A DNA stretch of 64,000 nucleotides, taken from IMG/VR virus record IMGVR_UViG_3300042387_002461, positions 2,517-66,516 of that record; one strand, 5' to 3'. This DNA is from a virus. Numbering within the stretch: position 1 is the first letter of the stretch; every line of letters begins with the position of its first letter. Of the stretch, positions 53,758-63,879 are shown piece by piece. The position numbers and the translations under genes are program-made. The notes beneath the pieces are model-generated. The model had not been told where the DNA came from. It saw nothing but the letters and a program-made list of their open reading frames with translations, and did not search any database.

Positions 53758-54539
53758 AAGGATTTGCTTTAATTAGCACCATGGAAAAGAACTTTAATGA
53801 ACTACTTGCAGCACTTGCTGATACAGAAACATTTGAAATTGCTCTGACAGACGGAAAGACTTATAAATTTCGTCAACTAACAACAAATCAACTCAAAGAA
53901 CTTGTCAAGACCGTTGTTGATTCTCCTCTCACTCAATCAGTTTTCAATACAACTCTTTCAAAAATTATGAAAGAATCTCTGGTTGGTGAAGGATCCTTTA
54001 ATGTGATTGATCGTTTGCTATTTGCAATCGAAACAAGAATTCAATCTCTTTCTCCTTCTGTAACTATTACTCAAGATGAAAAGAGCACAACAATTGATTT
54101 GATCGAAGTGCGCAACAAGCTCATTAAAGCAATTGCAGACAACTCTGCTCTGCTAGAAGACAAATCCTTTGAAACTTCCCAGCTCAAGCTAACATTCGGA
54201 GTTCCTTCTGTAAAGACTGAAACTCAACTGAACGAAGAGCTTTATAAAAATGTTGATATCAATGTGCAGACGCCTGAAGAGCTCCGAAAGATTCTTGGTG
54301 ATGCATTTATCAATGAAATTGCAAAAGCAATCAAAACTATTGAAATTTCTGACAAAACAATGGATCTTTCTTCGGTTAACTTTAAAGCTCGCTTGAAGAC
54401 TGTTGAGTCTCTTCCTGCTTCATCTATTCAAAAAGTTATCGAATATATTGAGCAGCACAAGAAAGCAATTGAAGATTGTCTGATTGTTTCAGAAGGAGTT
54501 TCTGTACCGATTGATGGCTCTTTGTTCTCCCTTCGTTAA
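53754..54539 (+). CDS. baseplate hub assembly protein (gp26-like)
   Basis: KFRQLT..Q.K...DRL.....R..S; IDGSLF end; likely start MEKNF at 53781. Confidence 0.6.
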   Translation: MKGFALISTMEKNFNELLAALADTETFEIALTDGKTYKFRQLTTNQLKELVKTVVDSPLTQSVFNTTLSKIMKESLVGEGSFNVIDRLLFAIETRIQSLSPSVTITQDEKSTTIDLIEVRNKLIKAIADNSALLEDKSFETSQLKLTFGVPSVKTETQLNEELYKNVDINVQTPEELRKILGDAFINEIAKAIKTIEISDKTMDLSSVNFKARLKTVESLPASSIQKVIEYIEQHKKAIEDCLIVSEGVSVPIDGSLFSLR

Positions 54540-54563
54540 TTTTTGTGATAAGTAATTGGCAAG

Positions 54564-57500
54564 ATGGCCAATGGACAAAACATGACAGCAGAAGAGTTTA
54601 CAACCTCTGTTGCTGAAGCAATTGCTGCACAACTAAAAATTGATGCAAGTGCTCTTGTTACTCGTCTTGTTGATTCTTTGTCAAAGGGCCTGATAAAGGA
54701 ATTTACAAAGAAAGGTCCGCTTCTTGCTGAAAAGTCAAAGCCTGCTGAAACTACTAAGCAAGCAGAAGCACCCAAAACAACAAAGCAAGAGGCTGCCAAA
54801 CCTCAAAAGATAGAAATTGCTTTGCCGAAAATGCTGGAAACACAATTTAGCAAATTAGACGACATCAGTAAGTCTCTTAATAAGCTAATTGATAATACTG
54901 CTCCAGTTAAGAAAGAAGATAAATTTCCTGAAATTTTTAAAAGATTGGTTGATAAAAAGCCAGCAGACAACAAAACTGTAAATACAGCCGAGTCTTCAGA
55001 AAAGTCTTCTTTTGGAGTTCTTGGCAATACGCTTCAAAAAATTTTAAATTCTTTCAAGTCTTCTTCACAGCCAATTCCTCCAGCAGATAACACTGCAAGC
55101 AAATCACCAAATTTATTGCAAAAGGTTCTTAACGACACGAGAAATCCTTTTGAAGGATCTTCTAAGATCATTAAAGATACTTTAGAAGGCTTTAGAAAAA
55201 GCCTAAAGAATCCTTTCGAAGGAATGAAGAATCCTTTTAAAGATATTGGAAATCCTTTTGAAGGATCTTCTAAGATCATTAAAGATACTTTAGAAGGCTT
55301 TAGAAAGTCTCTCAAAAATCCTTTTAAAGATATTGGAAATCCTTTTGAAGGATCTTCTAGAATCGTTAAAGATACTTTAACGGCTTTTAAAAACTCTTTG
55401 AAAAGTCCTTTTGAAAAAGTTACTGTTAAAGATTCTGAAAAGCCTACAGAAAAGTCTACTGCAGGAGTTTTTGGAAATTCGTTTCAAAAATTTATAGAAG
55501 CTTTTAAATCTTCTTATAAAGGAACTCCAGAAGAGGTTAAGGTTGTTGATAAACCAATTGAAGGACTTGCTGTATCTGCTCCGGTCGAAAAAACAAACGA
55601 GAAGCCAGAACAGCCCGTTCCTCCAAAGTCTTTGCTAGAAGAAAAAGTAGAAGCAAAACCAGTAATCATTGCCGGCATAAGCGAAAGCGGTCTAAAAGAT
55701 CTTTCTGAGCATCTTCCTTCTATTATTAGACAAGGCATGGAAGGACTATTTGATTTCTTGCAAGAAGATCCGAAGAAAAAGAAAGAAGGCAGAGGATTTG
55801 AGTTTCCTGGAATGGGAATTATTGGAGGCGCTCTTGGTGTTCTTTCAACAATTGGTGGATTGTTTACTCTTTTGTATGGCTTACAAACAGAAGGTCCTTT
55901 CAAAGGTCTTGCAAAACTTGTTGGTAAAGGAATGTTAGCAATCGGAGATGCACTGACAAAGCCTTTGCAAAATTTTATTAAAAACATTGGAGGAATGTTG
56001 ATTGACATTCCAATCAGCATGATTAAGAGTGCTGGAGAAAACATTACAAAGCAATTTAAAACGTTTTCTGATTTTGTTTCAAAAATTGGATCAAGCAAAC
56101 TTATTGCTCCTTTAAAAGACTTTGCGAAGAACATTGCTGAAAAGCTAATTGCTGTTCCGCTTTCAATGTTTGATGCGTTCAAATCTTCTATTGGTGATTT
56201 ATTTGGAAAATTTGGTGGAGAAGCAGTTCAGACAGGCCTTGGTAAACTTGGAGGTTTTGCTGGAAAGTTTTTAGGAGGTCTTGCCAAGGTTCTTAAAAAA
56301 GTTCCGATTGTCGGAAGCTTGATAAGCATTGCTTTTGCTGTTAGCAGATTTAAATCCGGAGACTATGTTGGAGGAGGTCTGGATATTTTATCAGGAATAG
56401 CAGCAATGATTCCAGGAATTGGAACAGGAGTAGCTATTGCTATTGATGCTCTGAATGCTTTTCTTGATTTTAAAGCAGGAGGAATTGGAGAAGGTAAAAA
56501 AGGAAAAGGTTCAATAATAATGGATTGGGTTGGTGGAATGGTTAAGTGGGTCGGACAAAAGCTTTATAAAGTTATTACTTTCCTTCCTATAGTTGGTCCT
56601 GCTTTGAAGTCTGTTGAAGCTCTTACTCAAGGAAAGTGGTTAGAGGCTTTAAAACAATTTGCATATGTTAATCCAGCATTTGAATTTCTTGGAGCAATGT
56701 TAGGAGACGAAAGTGCAAGCACTACAACAAAAGCGGCTGCTGGAATTGCTGGAGGAGCAATGGAATGGATTGGAGGAATGAGTGCTTGGATTGGTGAAAA
56801 AATGCTTAACCTTCCAATTATCGGACCAGCTATTAAAGCAGTCCAGGCTCTTTTTGCTGGAGACTTTTCTGAAGCTCTGAAACAATGGACTCGCATCAAT
56901 CCAATGGTCGGAATGTTAGAATCATTCTTGCAAACCGATACTGGAAAAGATATTTCTAAAAAAGCATCTGGCGGACTTTCGAAAGCAATGGACTTTTTCT
57001 CGAGCATGAAAGATAATATTCTGAGCAAAGTTCTTGAATTTATTCCTGAAACTGTTTGGGGATATCCTTTAAGAGCAAAAGTTGCAGAACTTTTCGGAAT
57101 TGGACCGAAGGCAAATATTCCTGAAAGTGCTCCAATAACAACCGGAGCTCCTTCTGAACCAACGCCTCCCGTTAAACAAGTTGGAGACGCAAAAGTAAAG
57201 CCTGACGGTGGTCTTGTAGTATCTTCTCCAACAGAAGGTTCTTTGTATCAATTGAGCAAAAATGATGGAATTGTTGCTGGACCAGTTACAGATGATCCTT
57301 CTGCTCCTAAATCTTCCTCAATTGCTTCAACAGCAGCAAACATTGGAAATTCTGACAAAATCTTAACAAAAATTGCAATTAATACAGAAACTACAAATAA
57401 ATCTATTGCTGGTCTTGCAAATGGCTTTAATGTTCTTGCCAAATCGCTTGAAAGACTTGGAGTATCCGTTGCAAATCAATCTCCAACAGTCATTAACAAT

Positions 57501-57623
57501 GTTTCAGGAGGAAGCAAGGGAGGCTCTGCTAAAATAAGCTCTACACAAATTGCAAGTGCAGGCAATAGTGCAATTTCAAGTTTCCGGTCAGGAATCGAAG
57601 CTTCTAGATTTGTTCCAGCTTAA
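54564..57623 (+). CDS. tape-measure-like / baseplate hub protein (gp29-like)
   Basis: 1019 aa; Gly/Ala-rich amphipathic repeats (KKVPIVGSLI, LPIIGPA); position in baseplate module. Confidence 0.7.
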   Translation: MANGQNMTAEEFTTSVAEAIAAQLKIDASALVTRLVDSLSKGLIKEFTKKGPLLAEKSKPAETTKQAEAPKTTKQEAAKPQKIEIALPKMLETQFSKLDDISKSLNKLIDNTAPVKKEDKFPEIFKRLVDKKPADNKTVNTAESSEKSSFGVLGNTLQKILNSFKSSSQPIPPADNTASKSPNLLQKVLNDTRNPFEGSSKIIKDTLEGFRKSLKNPFEGMKNPFKDIGNPFEGSSKIIKDTLEGFRKSLKNPFKDIGNPFEGSSRIVKDTLTAFKNSLKSPFEKVTVKDSEKPTEKSTAGVFGNSFQKFIEAFKSSYKGTPEEVKVVDKPIEGLAVSAPVEKTNEKPEQPVPPKSLLEEKVEAKPVIIAGISESGLKDLSEHLPSIIRQGMEGLFDFLQEDPKKKKEGRGFEFPGMGIIGGALGVLSTIGGLFTLLYGLQTEGPFKGLAKLVGKGMLAIGDALTKPLQNFIKNIGGMLIDIPISMIKSAGENITKQFKTFSDFVSKIGSSKLIAPLKDFAKNIAEKLIAVPLSMFDAFKSSIGDLFGKFGGEAVQTGLGKLGGFAGKFLGGLAKVLKKVPIVGSLISIAFAVSRFKSGDYVGGGLDILSGIAAMIPGIGTGVAIAIDALNAFLDFKAGGIGEGKKGKGSIIMDWVGGMVKWVGQKLYKVITFLPIVGPALKSVEALTQGKWLEALKQFAYVNPAFEFLGAMLGDESASTTTKAAAGIAGGAMEWIGGMSAWIGEKMLNLPIIGPAIKAVQALFAGDFSEALKQWTRINPMVGMLESFLQTDTGKDISKKASGGLSKAMDFFSSMKDNILSKVLEFIPETVWGYPLRAKVAELFGIGPKANIPESAPITTGAPSEPTPPVKQVGDAKVKPDGGLVVSSPTEGSLYQLSKNDGIVAGPVTDDPSAPKSSSIASTAANIGNSDKILTKIAINTETTNKSIAGLANGFNVLAKSLERLGVSVANQSPTVINNVSGGSKGGSAKISSTQIASAGNSAISSFRSGIEASRFVPA
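55142..55410 (+). repeat. in-frame tandem repeats NPFEGSSKIIKDTLEGFRKSLK
   Basis: Near-identical DNA units starting ~55143, 55251, 55338. Confidence 0.85.
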
Positions 57624-57633
57624 TTACTAGATT

Positions 57634-58845
57634 ATGAGCACAGCAATTCCTTTAACTCAAAAAGCTGTTAATTTTGCGGATTTGATGAGAGACGTGTCTG
57701 TTAATGCTATTGCAAACGGAGCAGGATGGACGTTAGACCAACTCGGAAAAGGGGCTGGTTTATTAAATCGGTCTAAAGATATGGATGGCAGTCTTGTTGC
57801 CAACAAAGACGTCAATGACGGATCTACTTACGGAGCAATGAGAAATGTTGTGAAAGATTATAGATGGACGCTTTCTAAAACAAAAAATAGAGATGATGTT
57901 CCTTATATTCGTTTGATGGAGTTCAGAGCAAACGAAACAGTTATTCAAAAGCAAATAAACTTGTATTCGCAATTAGCTCCGAGCACAATAGGAAATGCTT
58001 TTGGTGCAACACAGCCTAAAGCGTCAACTCTTCAGCCATATGAAGAAATTTTTCCCAAAACAGACCCGACTGGCTTCTCATATTGGTTTCCGTATTTTAG
58101 CAAAACGAGCTTAGAACTTACTACTCCTAATTGGGAAAAAATTGACGGAGCAGCAGGAGCAATCATGAAAACTACAGAAAGCATGGCAGAAACTTGGCTC
58201 GGAAAAGGTGCTGGAGAAAAGGCTTCAATGATTTCTTCTGTATTCGAAGGAGCGGCTACAGCGGCAAACATTGCAGCAGCAGCTCAATATCCAGTTGTTG
58301 GTGCATTTGATAGACCAAGAATTTTTACGAGCCATTCTGAAAGAAATATAACAATTTCTTTCCCACTTTTCAATACAGTAGAAGAGGGAGACTGGGTCAA
58401 AAACAGAGAACTGATATATCTCTTAATGGAACAAAATCTTTATAACAAAAGAGACTATACAACAGGTCTGCCTCCAGTATTTTATGATGTATATATTCCA
58501 GGGCAATATTATTGCTTTGCAAGTTGTATTACTCAGATCAATGTAGAAAATTTAGGAAACACGAGACTGTTATATAATGAATTTATTGTACCAGATGCTT
58601 ATCAAGTAACTCTTACTCTGAGTGAAATGACAATGCCGAGTAAAAATCAATTTGCTGCTATTTTTAACGGCGAAGCTCGAAACCAAGTTAAAACTTCAAC
58701 TGCTGTTAAAACTCCTGTATCTTCTCCGCTAAGTGAAGGACCAACTGTAAGAGCAGCAGAAATAAGATCACAACAACGACAAGCTCAGGCTGCTTATAAC
58801 GAGAGGCCTCGAACTTTTACGTCCATTCAAGGAGGTAATCCGTGA
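57634..58845 (+). CDS. baseplate tail-tube cap-like protein (gp48-like)
   Basis: R.I...F.L.N...PP..Y.V.IPG......I....V; position. Confidence 0.55.
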   Translation: MSTAIPLTQKAVNFADLMRDVSVNAIANGAGWTLDQLGKGAGLLNRSKDMDGSLVANKDVNDGSTYGAMRNVVKDYRWTLSKTKNRDDVPYIRLMEFRANETVIQKQINLYSQLAPSTIGNAFGATQPKASTLQPYEEIFPKTDPTGFSYWFPYFSKTSLELTTPNWEKIDGAAGAIMKTTESMAETWLGKGAGEKASMISSVFEGAATAANIAAAAQYPVVGAFDRPRIFTSHSERNITISFPLFNTVEEGDWVKNRELIYLLMEQNLYNKRDYTTGLPPVFYDVYIPGQYYCFASCITQINVENLGNTRLLYNEFIVPDAYQVTLTLSEMTMPSKNQFAAIFNGEARNQVKTSTAVKTPVSSPLSEGPTVRAAEIRSQQRQAQAAYNERPRTFTSIQGGNP

Positions 58846-59189
58846 AACAAAACCAAATACAAGATTTAGAAAAGCTAAGAGAAGAAAATTTTGAAAATAT
58901 TTTTAATGTTTATCAAGATCAAGATGGCATGTATTTTTATAATTTGTTACAAACTGTTGTATTTCCACAAGATCTTCCCGCAAATTTGTTTAACTATTAC
59001 AATGTTGCTTACGGAGATACCTGGCCATTCATATCATTCAAAACGCTCGGTAGTCCAAATCTTTGGTGGATAATTTTGCTTGCAAACAACATTCAAAATC
59101 CTCTACAACCTCTTGTGAATGGAACGCAAATAAGAATTCCAATTAAAGACGTTGTAAGGGAAATCTTAACACAAATAAGGAGAGGCTAA
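58842..59189 (+). CDS. baseplate wedge protein gp53-like (LysM-type)
   Basis: YNVAYGDTW..IS....G..NLWWIILLANNI.NP.....G..I.IP. Confidence 0.8.
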   Translation: MKQNQIQDLEKLREENFENIFNVYQDQDGMYFYNLLQTVVFPQDLPANLFNYYNVAYGDTWPFISFKTLGSPNLWWIILLANNIQNPLQPLVNGTQIRIPIKDVVREILTQIRRG

Positions 59190-59192
59190 TTT

Positions 59193-61061
59193 ATGGTTAA
59201 ATTTGACATGAGTGCTGCTGCAGGTAATGTAGCTACTATTCCTTCCCAGACTGTTAATACAACTGCTCTTGCAAGCGGACCTCTGAACCCAACTTTGACA
59301 AATTCTTTTGATGGATCTCGAAAACTTGAAGTAAACTCTCCTCCTGTCAATCCAAAAAGCATGTTTGCAAACGGGAGAATGATTGAGCAAAAATACAATC
59401 AGCTCTTTTATGATGTTCAATTGTATCTTTGTAATAGTGGCAACTTCGATAACGTTGAAGATACATATAGATATTATCTTAATCCTGCAGCAGTTCTTGG
59501 ATTTGGAATGTCTGACACAGTAACTGATTGGGTGGTTGACGGTTCTTTAACGTTCATGTATCTTCCTGAAGATGCTAAACCCAAGCAAGGAAAGCTTACA
59601 GGAAATGAAGCAAGAACAGTAACTGCTGCTTCAGAAAATGCTGAGACCGTGAAGTCTTATCAATTTAGAAGCGATGGTTATGACCTTCTTCGTGTACTTA
59701 TAACTCCAAAATCAACTCCAAAGACAGGAGAACTAGGAGTGGAGTTGGATGGCAAAGATCCAAAATGGACACTGAGTTATTTGTTTTCGGTTTATGATGT
59801 AGAAGATGTCAATGACGTGCCAGCACTCAAAGGTCCGATGTCTACTTATATGAAGTGCTTGAAATTAAAATTTCATGATGTGCGCTATCATATGCTCAAG
59901 ACTGCAAATATTGAATATTCTACAGCAATGCCAAAGGATCCAGCAATTGGCACACCAAACTTTCAATCTTCTCTGAGCAATCAAGGAACTCTAAAAACTG
60001 GGGAAGCGATTTTAGATATTTTAAATTTTGTTTTAGCAAAAACAGAAAACGGAGGATGCGAAGAGTTCCGTCAGTTTATGCCAAATGCAAACGTTCCTGA
60101 AGAAATTACGGAATGGGAGAAAGGCGAAAGTGAAATTTTTTATACTTCTCCAGCACAGAGCTCAGCATATGACGATATTAGTTATCTTTATTCTCACCAT
60201 GTTAGCAATAAGCCTTTATTAGGAATCGAAGATACGAAAGATCTAAGTTTGTTCCATACAAACAGAAACAAAAATTTTGGTTATATTGAAAAAATTTGTT
60301 TGACTCCTTTGACTGATTTTTTTAAAAAAGCTCTTGATGGAGATCAACCAGGTGAACTCCAAAAGGAACATTTCTTTGTTACGTCACATACAACAGAAGA
60401 CGACTCAGCAAAAGGCTACAGAGCTCCCATTGGAGGAAATGGTAAGGACATTGATTTAAAAACTTTCAAATACGGACAAATTGTTTCATACAGCTTTGTT
60501 GATATGTCTCCAGAAATGAACAATGATGCCTTCAGAACAAAGCCAGTTTATTCTGTAGACATTGGCAAGCGGACGTTCAATATGCAATTTAAGAACAATG
60601 ATGTGCTATCTGCTCGCAAAGCTATTACAGAATCTTATATAAAAGGTCTTTATAAAGAAGGAGAAGGGGAAAAATTATTTCTTCCAACACTTCATAAAAC
60701 AAAGAAGTCTCTGAATGTCTTTCCAACATTTTCTCTGAACGGTGAAAATAATGAACAAGGAAAAATTTTAAGGCAGAAGAACGGTATTCATAATTTGCTT
60801 TATACTGGAATCTTTCAAAATGCTTGCATTTCTTTTAAGACTTATGGACTGACTTTAAGAGAGTCTGGAACATTCATTGCAATTGATAAAGCATCTGGTT
60901 GTGATGATAATGATTATAATAACAAACTGTACGGTCAGTGGTTTGTTGTTCGAGTCGATCATTTATTTGAAGCGGGCATTTATATGAACGTCATTTATGC
61001 GGTTAAGCTCCATCGCTTCAAAGAGATGCAAACTGCTTTCAAAGAAACAATTGACGGCTAA
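59193..61061 (+). CDS. baseplate hub protein (gp27-like)
   Basis: C-terminal G...R..G.FI.I...KL.G.WFV..V.H.F. Confidence 0.6.
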   Translation: MVKFDMSAAAGNVATIPSQTVNTTALASGPLNPTLTNSFDGSRKLEVNSPPVNPKSMFANGRMIEQKYNQLFYDVQLYLCNSGNFDNVEDTYRYYLNPAAVLGFGMSDTVTDWVVDGSLTFMYLPEDAKPKQGKLTGNEARTVTAASENAETVKSYQFRSDGYDLLRVLITPKSTPKTGELGVELDGKDPKWTLSYLFSVYDVEDVNDVPALKGPMSTYMKCLKLKFHDVRYHMLKTANIEYSTAMPKDPAIGTPNFQSSLSNQGTLKTGEAILDILNFVLAKTENGGCEEFRQFMPNANVPEEITEWEKGESEIFYTSPAQSSAYDDISYLYSHHVSNKPLLGIEDTKDLSLFHTNRNKNFGYIEKICLTPLTDFFKKALDGDQPGELQKEHFFVTSHTTEDDSAKGYRAPIGGNGKDIDLKTFKYGQIVSYSFVDMSPEMNNDAFRTKPVYSVDIGKRTFNMQFKNNDVLSARKAITESYIKGLYKEGEGEKLFLPTLHKTKKSLNVFPTFSLNGENNEQGKILRQKNGIHNLLYTGIFQNACISFKTYGLTLRESGTFIAIDKASGCDDNDYNNKLYGQWFVVRVDHLFEAGIYMNVIYAVKLHRFKEMQTAFKETIDG

Positions 61062-61069
61062 GTAATTTT

Positions 61070-61339
61070 ATGAAATACAAGCTAAAAATTGTTCCGCAAG
61101 ACGGAGGCTATGTTGGTTATGCTCTTCAGAATGATGAAGTAACTTATACAACAAGTGTGCATAAAGATACAATAATGGCTTCTCGAGAGCTTTCTAAATT
61201 TGTTGGCAATCAAGATAAACCACAAACAATATCTCCTGTGCCCTTTCAAAGAGCAAATTCAGCAATTCCAATTCCTTCAGCAACGGTCAGAAGCAATTCC
61301 AGACCAGTTACTAATACAAAGTGTTGTGGCAGAGGCTAA
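61070..61339 (+). CDS. hypothetical protein
   Basis: TAAGTA start context; ends KCCGRG. Confidence 0.6.
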   Translation: MKYKLKIVPQDGGYVGYALQNDEVTYTTSVHKDTIMASRELSKFVGNQDKPQTISPVPFQRANSAIPIPSATVRSNSRPVTNTKCCGRG

Positions 61340-62265
61340 AAGGCTTTGGAAAGGCTTATAAGCGCTGAGAAGAAGTTGATTTCTTTGTCAATTGCTAAGG
61401 AATGATTTTCAAGCGATTTTGAAACAATCATAAGCATGTTCAGCTTTTTCTCATAATCAATTGAAGATTGAAAGATTACTTCGAATAATTGTTTGAGAAG
61501 CAAACCATAATCATTTGAAAAGACCTTTTCATTTTCGATGACTTCTTTGCGTACTTGCAGAAGATCTTGTTTCTGAATTTTTTTAAAAAGTCCTTCCGCA
61601 AATTCTGAACAATCATCAAAGCGGATGTTGAGCACTCCTGATACACTGAACTTCTGAATATCTCCAATTATTCGGCGGAGATCCGGAAGATTCTTTTTGA
61701 TGTGATTTAGAAGAAGAGGTTTCTGATCTGGAGGAATTGTTATGTTCTCTTTTTTGAGGATTTCGACGACTCTTCCAACAATGCCGTTGAGGGGTGGATT
61801 GAGATTTATGACTTGGCAACGGCTTTGAATTGCTGGAATAACACGATTAAGGTGATTTGCCGTCAATATGAACCTTGTGTTTTCTGCAAAGGATTCCATT
61901 AGATTTCTCAGACATTTCTGTCCTTCTACTGAAAATTGGTCAAACTCATCACAAATAATAATTTTTATGCTGCCGTCAATTGATTTTGTTTGAGCAAAGT
62001 TTGAAATAACGCCACGAACCGTATCAATTCCATTGGTATCAGAAGCGTTGATTATGGTGTAAGAAGCTGGAGCAAGCCGTTTTGCAATAATCAAACTTAA
62101 AGAAGTTTTTCCCAAACCTGGCGAGCCGGCAAATAATAGATGAGGGATTTCTTTTTTTGTTAGCAAAGACTCAAAGAATTCTCTGTCCTCTGAAGAAAGA
62201 ACAATGTCTTCAAGAGTGTGTGGACGATATTTTTCTACGAAGAGACTACCGAAGGGTTCTGACAT
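61336..62265 (-). CDS. sliding-clamp loader AAA+ subunit (T4 gp44 / RFC-small-like)
   Basis: VEKYRP, GSPGLGKT, INASD, DEFD, IQSRC, DLRR. Confidence 0.92.
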   Translation of the reverse strand: MSEPFGSLFVEKYRPHTLEDIVLSSEDREFFESLLTKKEIPHLLFAGSPGLGKTSLSLIIAKRLAPASYTIINASDTNGIDTVRGVISNFAQTKSIDGSIKIIICDEFDQFSVEGQKCLRNLMESFAENTRFILTANHLNRVIPAIQSRCQVINLNPPLNGIVGRVVEILKKENITIPPDQKPLLLNHIKKNLPDLRRIIGDIQKFSVSGVLNIRFDDCSEFAEGLFKKIQKQDLLQVRKEVIENEKVFSNDYGLLLKQLFEVIFQSSIDYEKKLNMLMIVSKSLENHSLAIDKEINFFSALISLSKAF

Positions 62266-62294
62266 GAAATAATAATACTCTTTAAAAGAAAAAA

Positions 62295-62367
62295 CTCAAG
62301 CGCTCAAAATGGTGAAATGAGATTGCAATGACAAACCACCAAAAATTCGAGCGCTTGAGATAAGTAA
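62295..62367 (+). promoter_or_regulatory. long hairpin abutting late promoter GATAAGTA of GIY-YIG gene
   Basis: CTCAAGCGCTC/GAGCGCTTGAG with inner TGGTG/CACCA. Confidence 0.7.
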
Positions 62368-62374
62368 TTATGCA

Positions 62375-63364
62375 ATGACAAACAAAAATCAAAAAATACC
62401 TGCAAATTCTATGTACTATGTATATGTTCTCATAGACCCACGAAATGATCAACCTTTTTATGTTGGCAAGGGAAAAGGAAAACGTGTCGAAGCTCATTAT
62501 TATAATTGGGCTTCTGATAGAATGGACAATCCTTACAAATCCAAAAAAATAGAAAAACTAAAAAAGCTCGGTTATCAACCAAAATATGAAATTGTATTTG
62601 AACACACGGATGTGAGGCTTGTGTACGAAGAAGAAAAAAGATTGATTGCTAAGTGGGGAAGACATCGTTACGACAAAGGAGGAATACTGACTAATATTAG
62701 ACTTGGAGGAGAAGGAAGTCCAGAAGCTTGTAGGCCAGTTAAACAATATAATTTGTTTGGAGAATACATTCAAACTTTTTCGAGCTGCTTAGCTGCAATT
62801 AAATCATGCGGAAAAGAAAATAGCTCGCTAATTATAGGGTGTTGCAAAAAGAAACCTTCACACAAATCAGCATTTGGTTATTTTTGGACTTATGCTGAAG
62901 AAGAATTAGATTTAGAATGGTGCTTCGGAGGCAAAAAGAAGCCAGTATATCAATGGGATTTAGAAGGCAACTATATAGACCGTCACGTAAATATACGTGC
63001 TGCAGAACAAAGTATGAATAAACCTCACGGTTCTCTGAATAGCGTTATTAAATCAAAAACTAGCATTTGGGGATTTCAGTGGACCAAAAAATTTGTATCT
63101 CCAGGAAAATACGTACCAAAAACTAGACCTTTAAAAATAACGTCTGTATATCAATGGTCGTTGGATGGAACGTTGCTAAAATTTTATAAAAGCATGAAGG
63201 ACGTAGCGACAGAATTAAATCTCTCATCCAAAGCTCTAGCGAACATCAGAAAATGCGTACAAACTAGAAATTCATCTTATGGGTTTAGATGGAGTTATGA
63301 TAATATGTCTCCAGGAAGTTTTAAGAAATTCACAAAGTCTTCGAAAATTCTAAATCAAACTTGA
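62375..63364 (+). CDS. GIY-YIG (LEM-3-like) homing endonuclease with three NUMOD1-like repeats
   Basis: YYVYVLIDP...PFYVGKG...R...E..LI...LTN; V.Q..L.G.....A.......GF.W three times. Confidence 0.85.
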   Translation: MTNKNQKIPANSMYYVYVLIDPRNDQPFYVGKGKGKRVEAHYYNWASDRMDNPYKSKKIEKLKKLGYQPKYEIVFEHTDVRLVYEEEKRLIAKWGRHRYDKGGILTNIRLGGEGSPEACRPVKQYNLFGEYIQTFSSCLAAIKSCGKENSSLIIGCCKKKPSHKSAFGYFWTYAEEELDLEWCFGGKKKPVYQWDLEGNYIDRHVNIRAAEQSMNKPHGSLNSVIKSKTSIWGFQWTKKFVSPGKYVPKTRPLKITSVYQWSLDGTLLKFYKSMKDVATELNLSSKALANIRKCVQTRNSSYGFRWSYDNMSPGSFKKFTKSSKILNQT

Positions 63365-63879
63365 TATTTTTTATCGTGTTCTTTGTGATTGCCATAGGAA
63401 CCATCATACATATGAAGAGACTCTGCGTCAAACAATAAAAACTGTGCAATTCGAGTACCCTTTTGAATTTTGGCAGGACCAGTTCCTACACACATACAAC
63501 CAGCCATCACGCCTCCTACGATCTTTCCGGTTTTAGCGTCATAACCATAGCCGGAATCATACAACGAGCTATAAACGCGTATATTCGACCTATTTAATGT
63601 GCTTCTAGTTACAACCCAGCCTGCTTCCATTTTGGATATTGAAATGTTATTCATCATAGTAACTTCATAATCTCCTACCTCGAGATTAAAATAACCTTCT
63701 TCGTCAGGCAAAATTTCTTTCACATCTCTCATCTTTTTGTGTTTTTCAGAAATCTCAAAAACGGTTGGAAGAATCTTAAAAACTTTATCCAAACGAAGAT
63801 CAACAGCATTGGGTTGACTATCTCCTTCTTGAACATTCGTAAGAGTGCTTCTTGAATTAGGTCCTAGAATATGTTTCAT
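63355..63879 (-). CDS. trimeric dUTPase / dCTP deaminase family protein
   Basis: QPNAVDLRL, RSTLNR, YDSGY, G.RIAQ, YDGSY. Confidence 0.85.
   Translation of the reverse strand: MKHILGPNSRSTLTNVQEGDSQPNAVDLRLDKVFKILPTVFEISEKHKKMRDVKEILPDEEGYFNLEVGDYEVTMMNNISISKMEAGWVVTRSTLNRSNIRVYSSLYDSGYGYDAKTGKIVGGVMAGCMCVGTGPAKIQKGTRIAQFLLFDAESLHMYDGSYGNHKEHDKKYQV

Noticed and set aside
19-62773. Numerous antisense or alternative-frame ORFs in the track (e.g. 7682..8134, 17686..18189, 21957..22445, 30511..30987, 55514..56182)
   Set aside because: They overlap better-supported genes, lack promoter/start context and have shadow-frame composition
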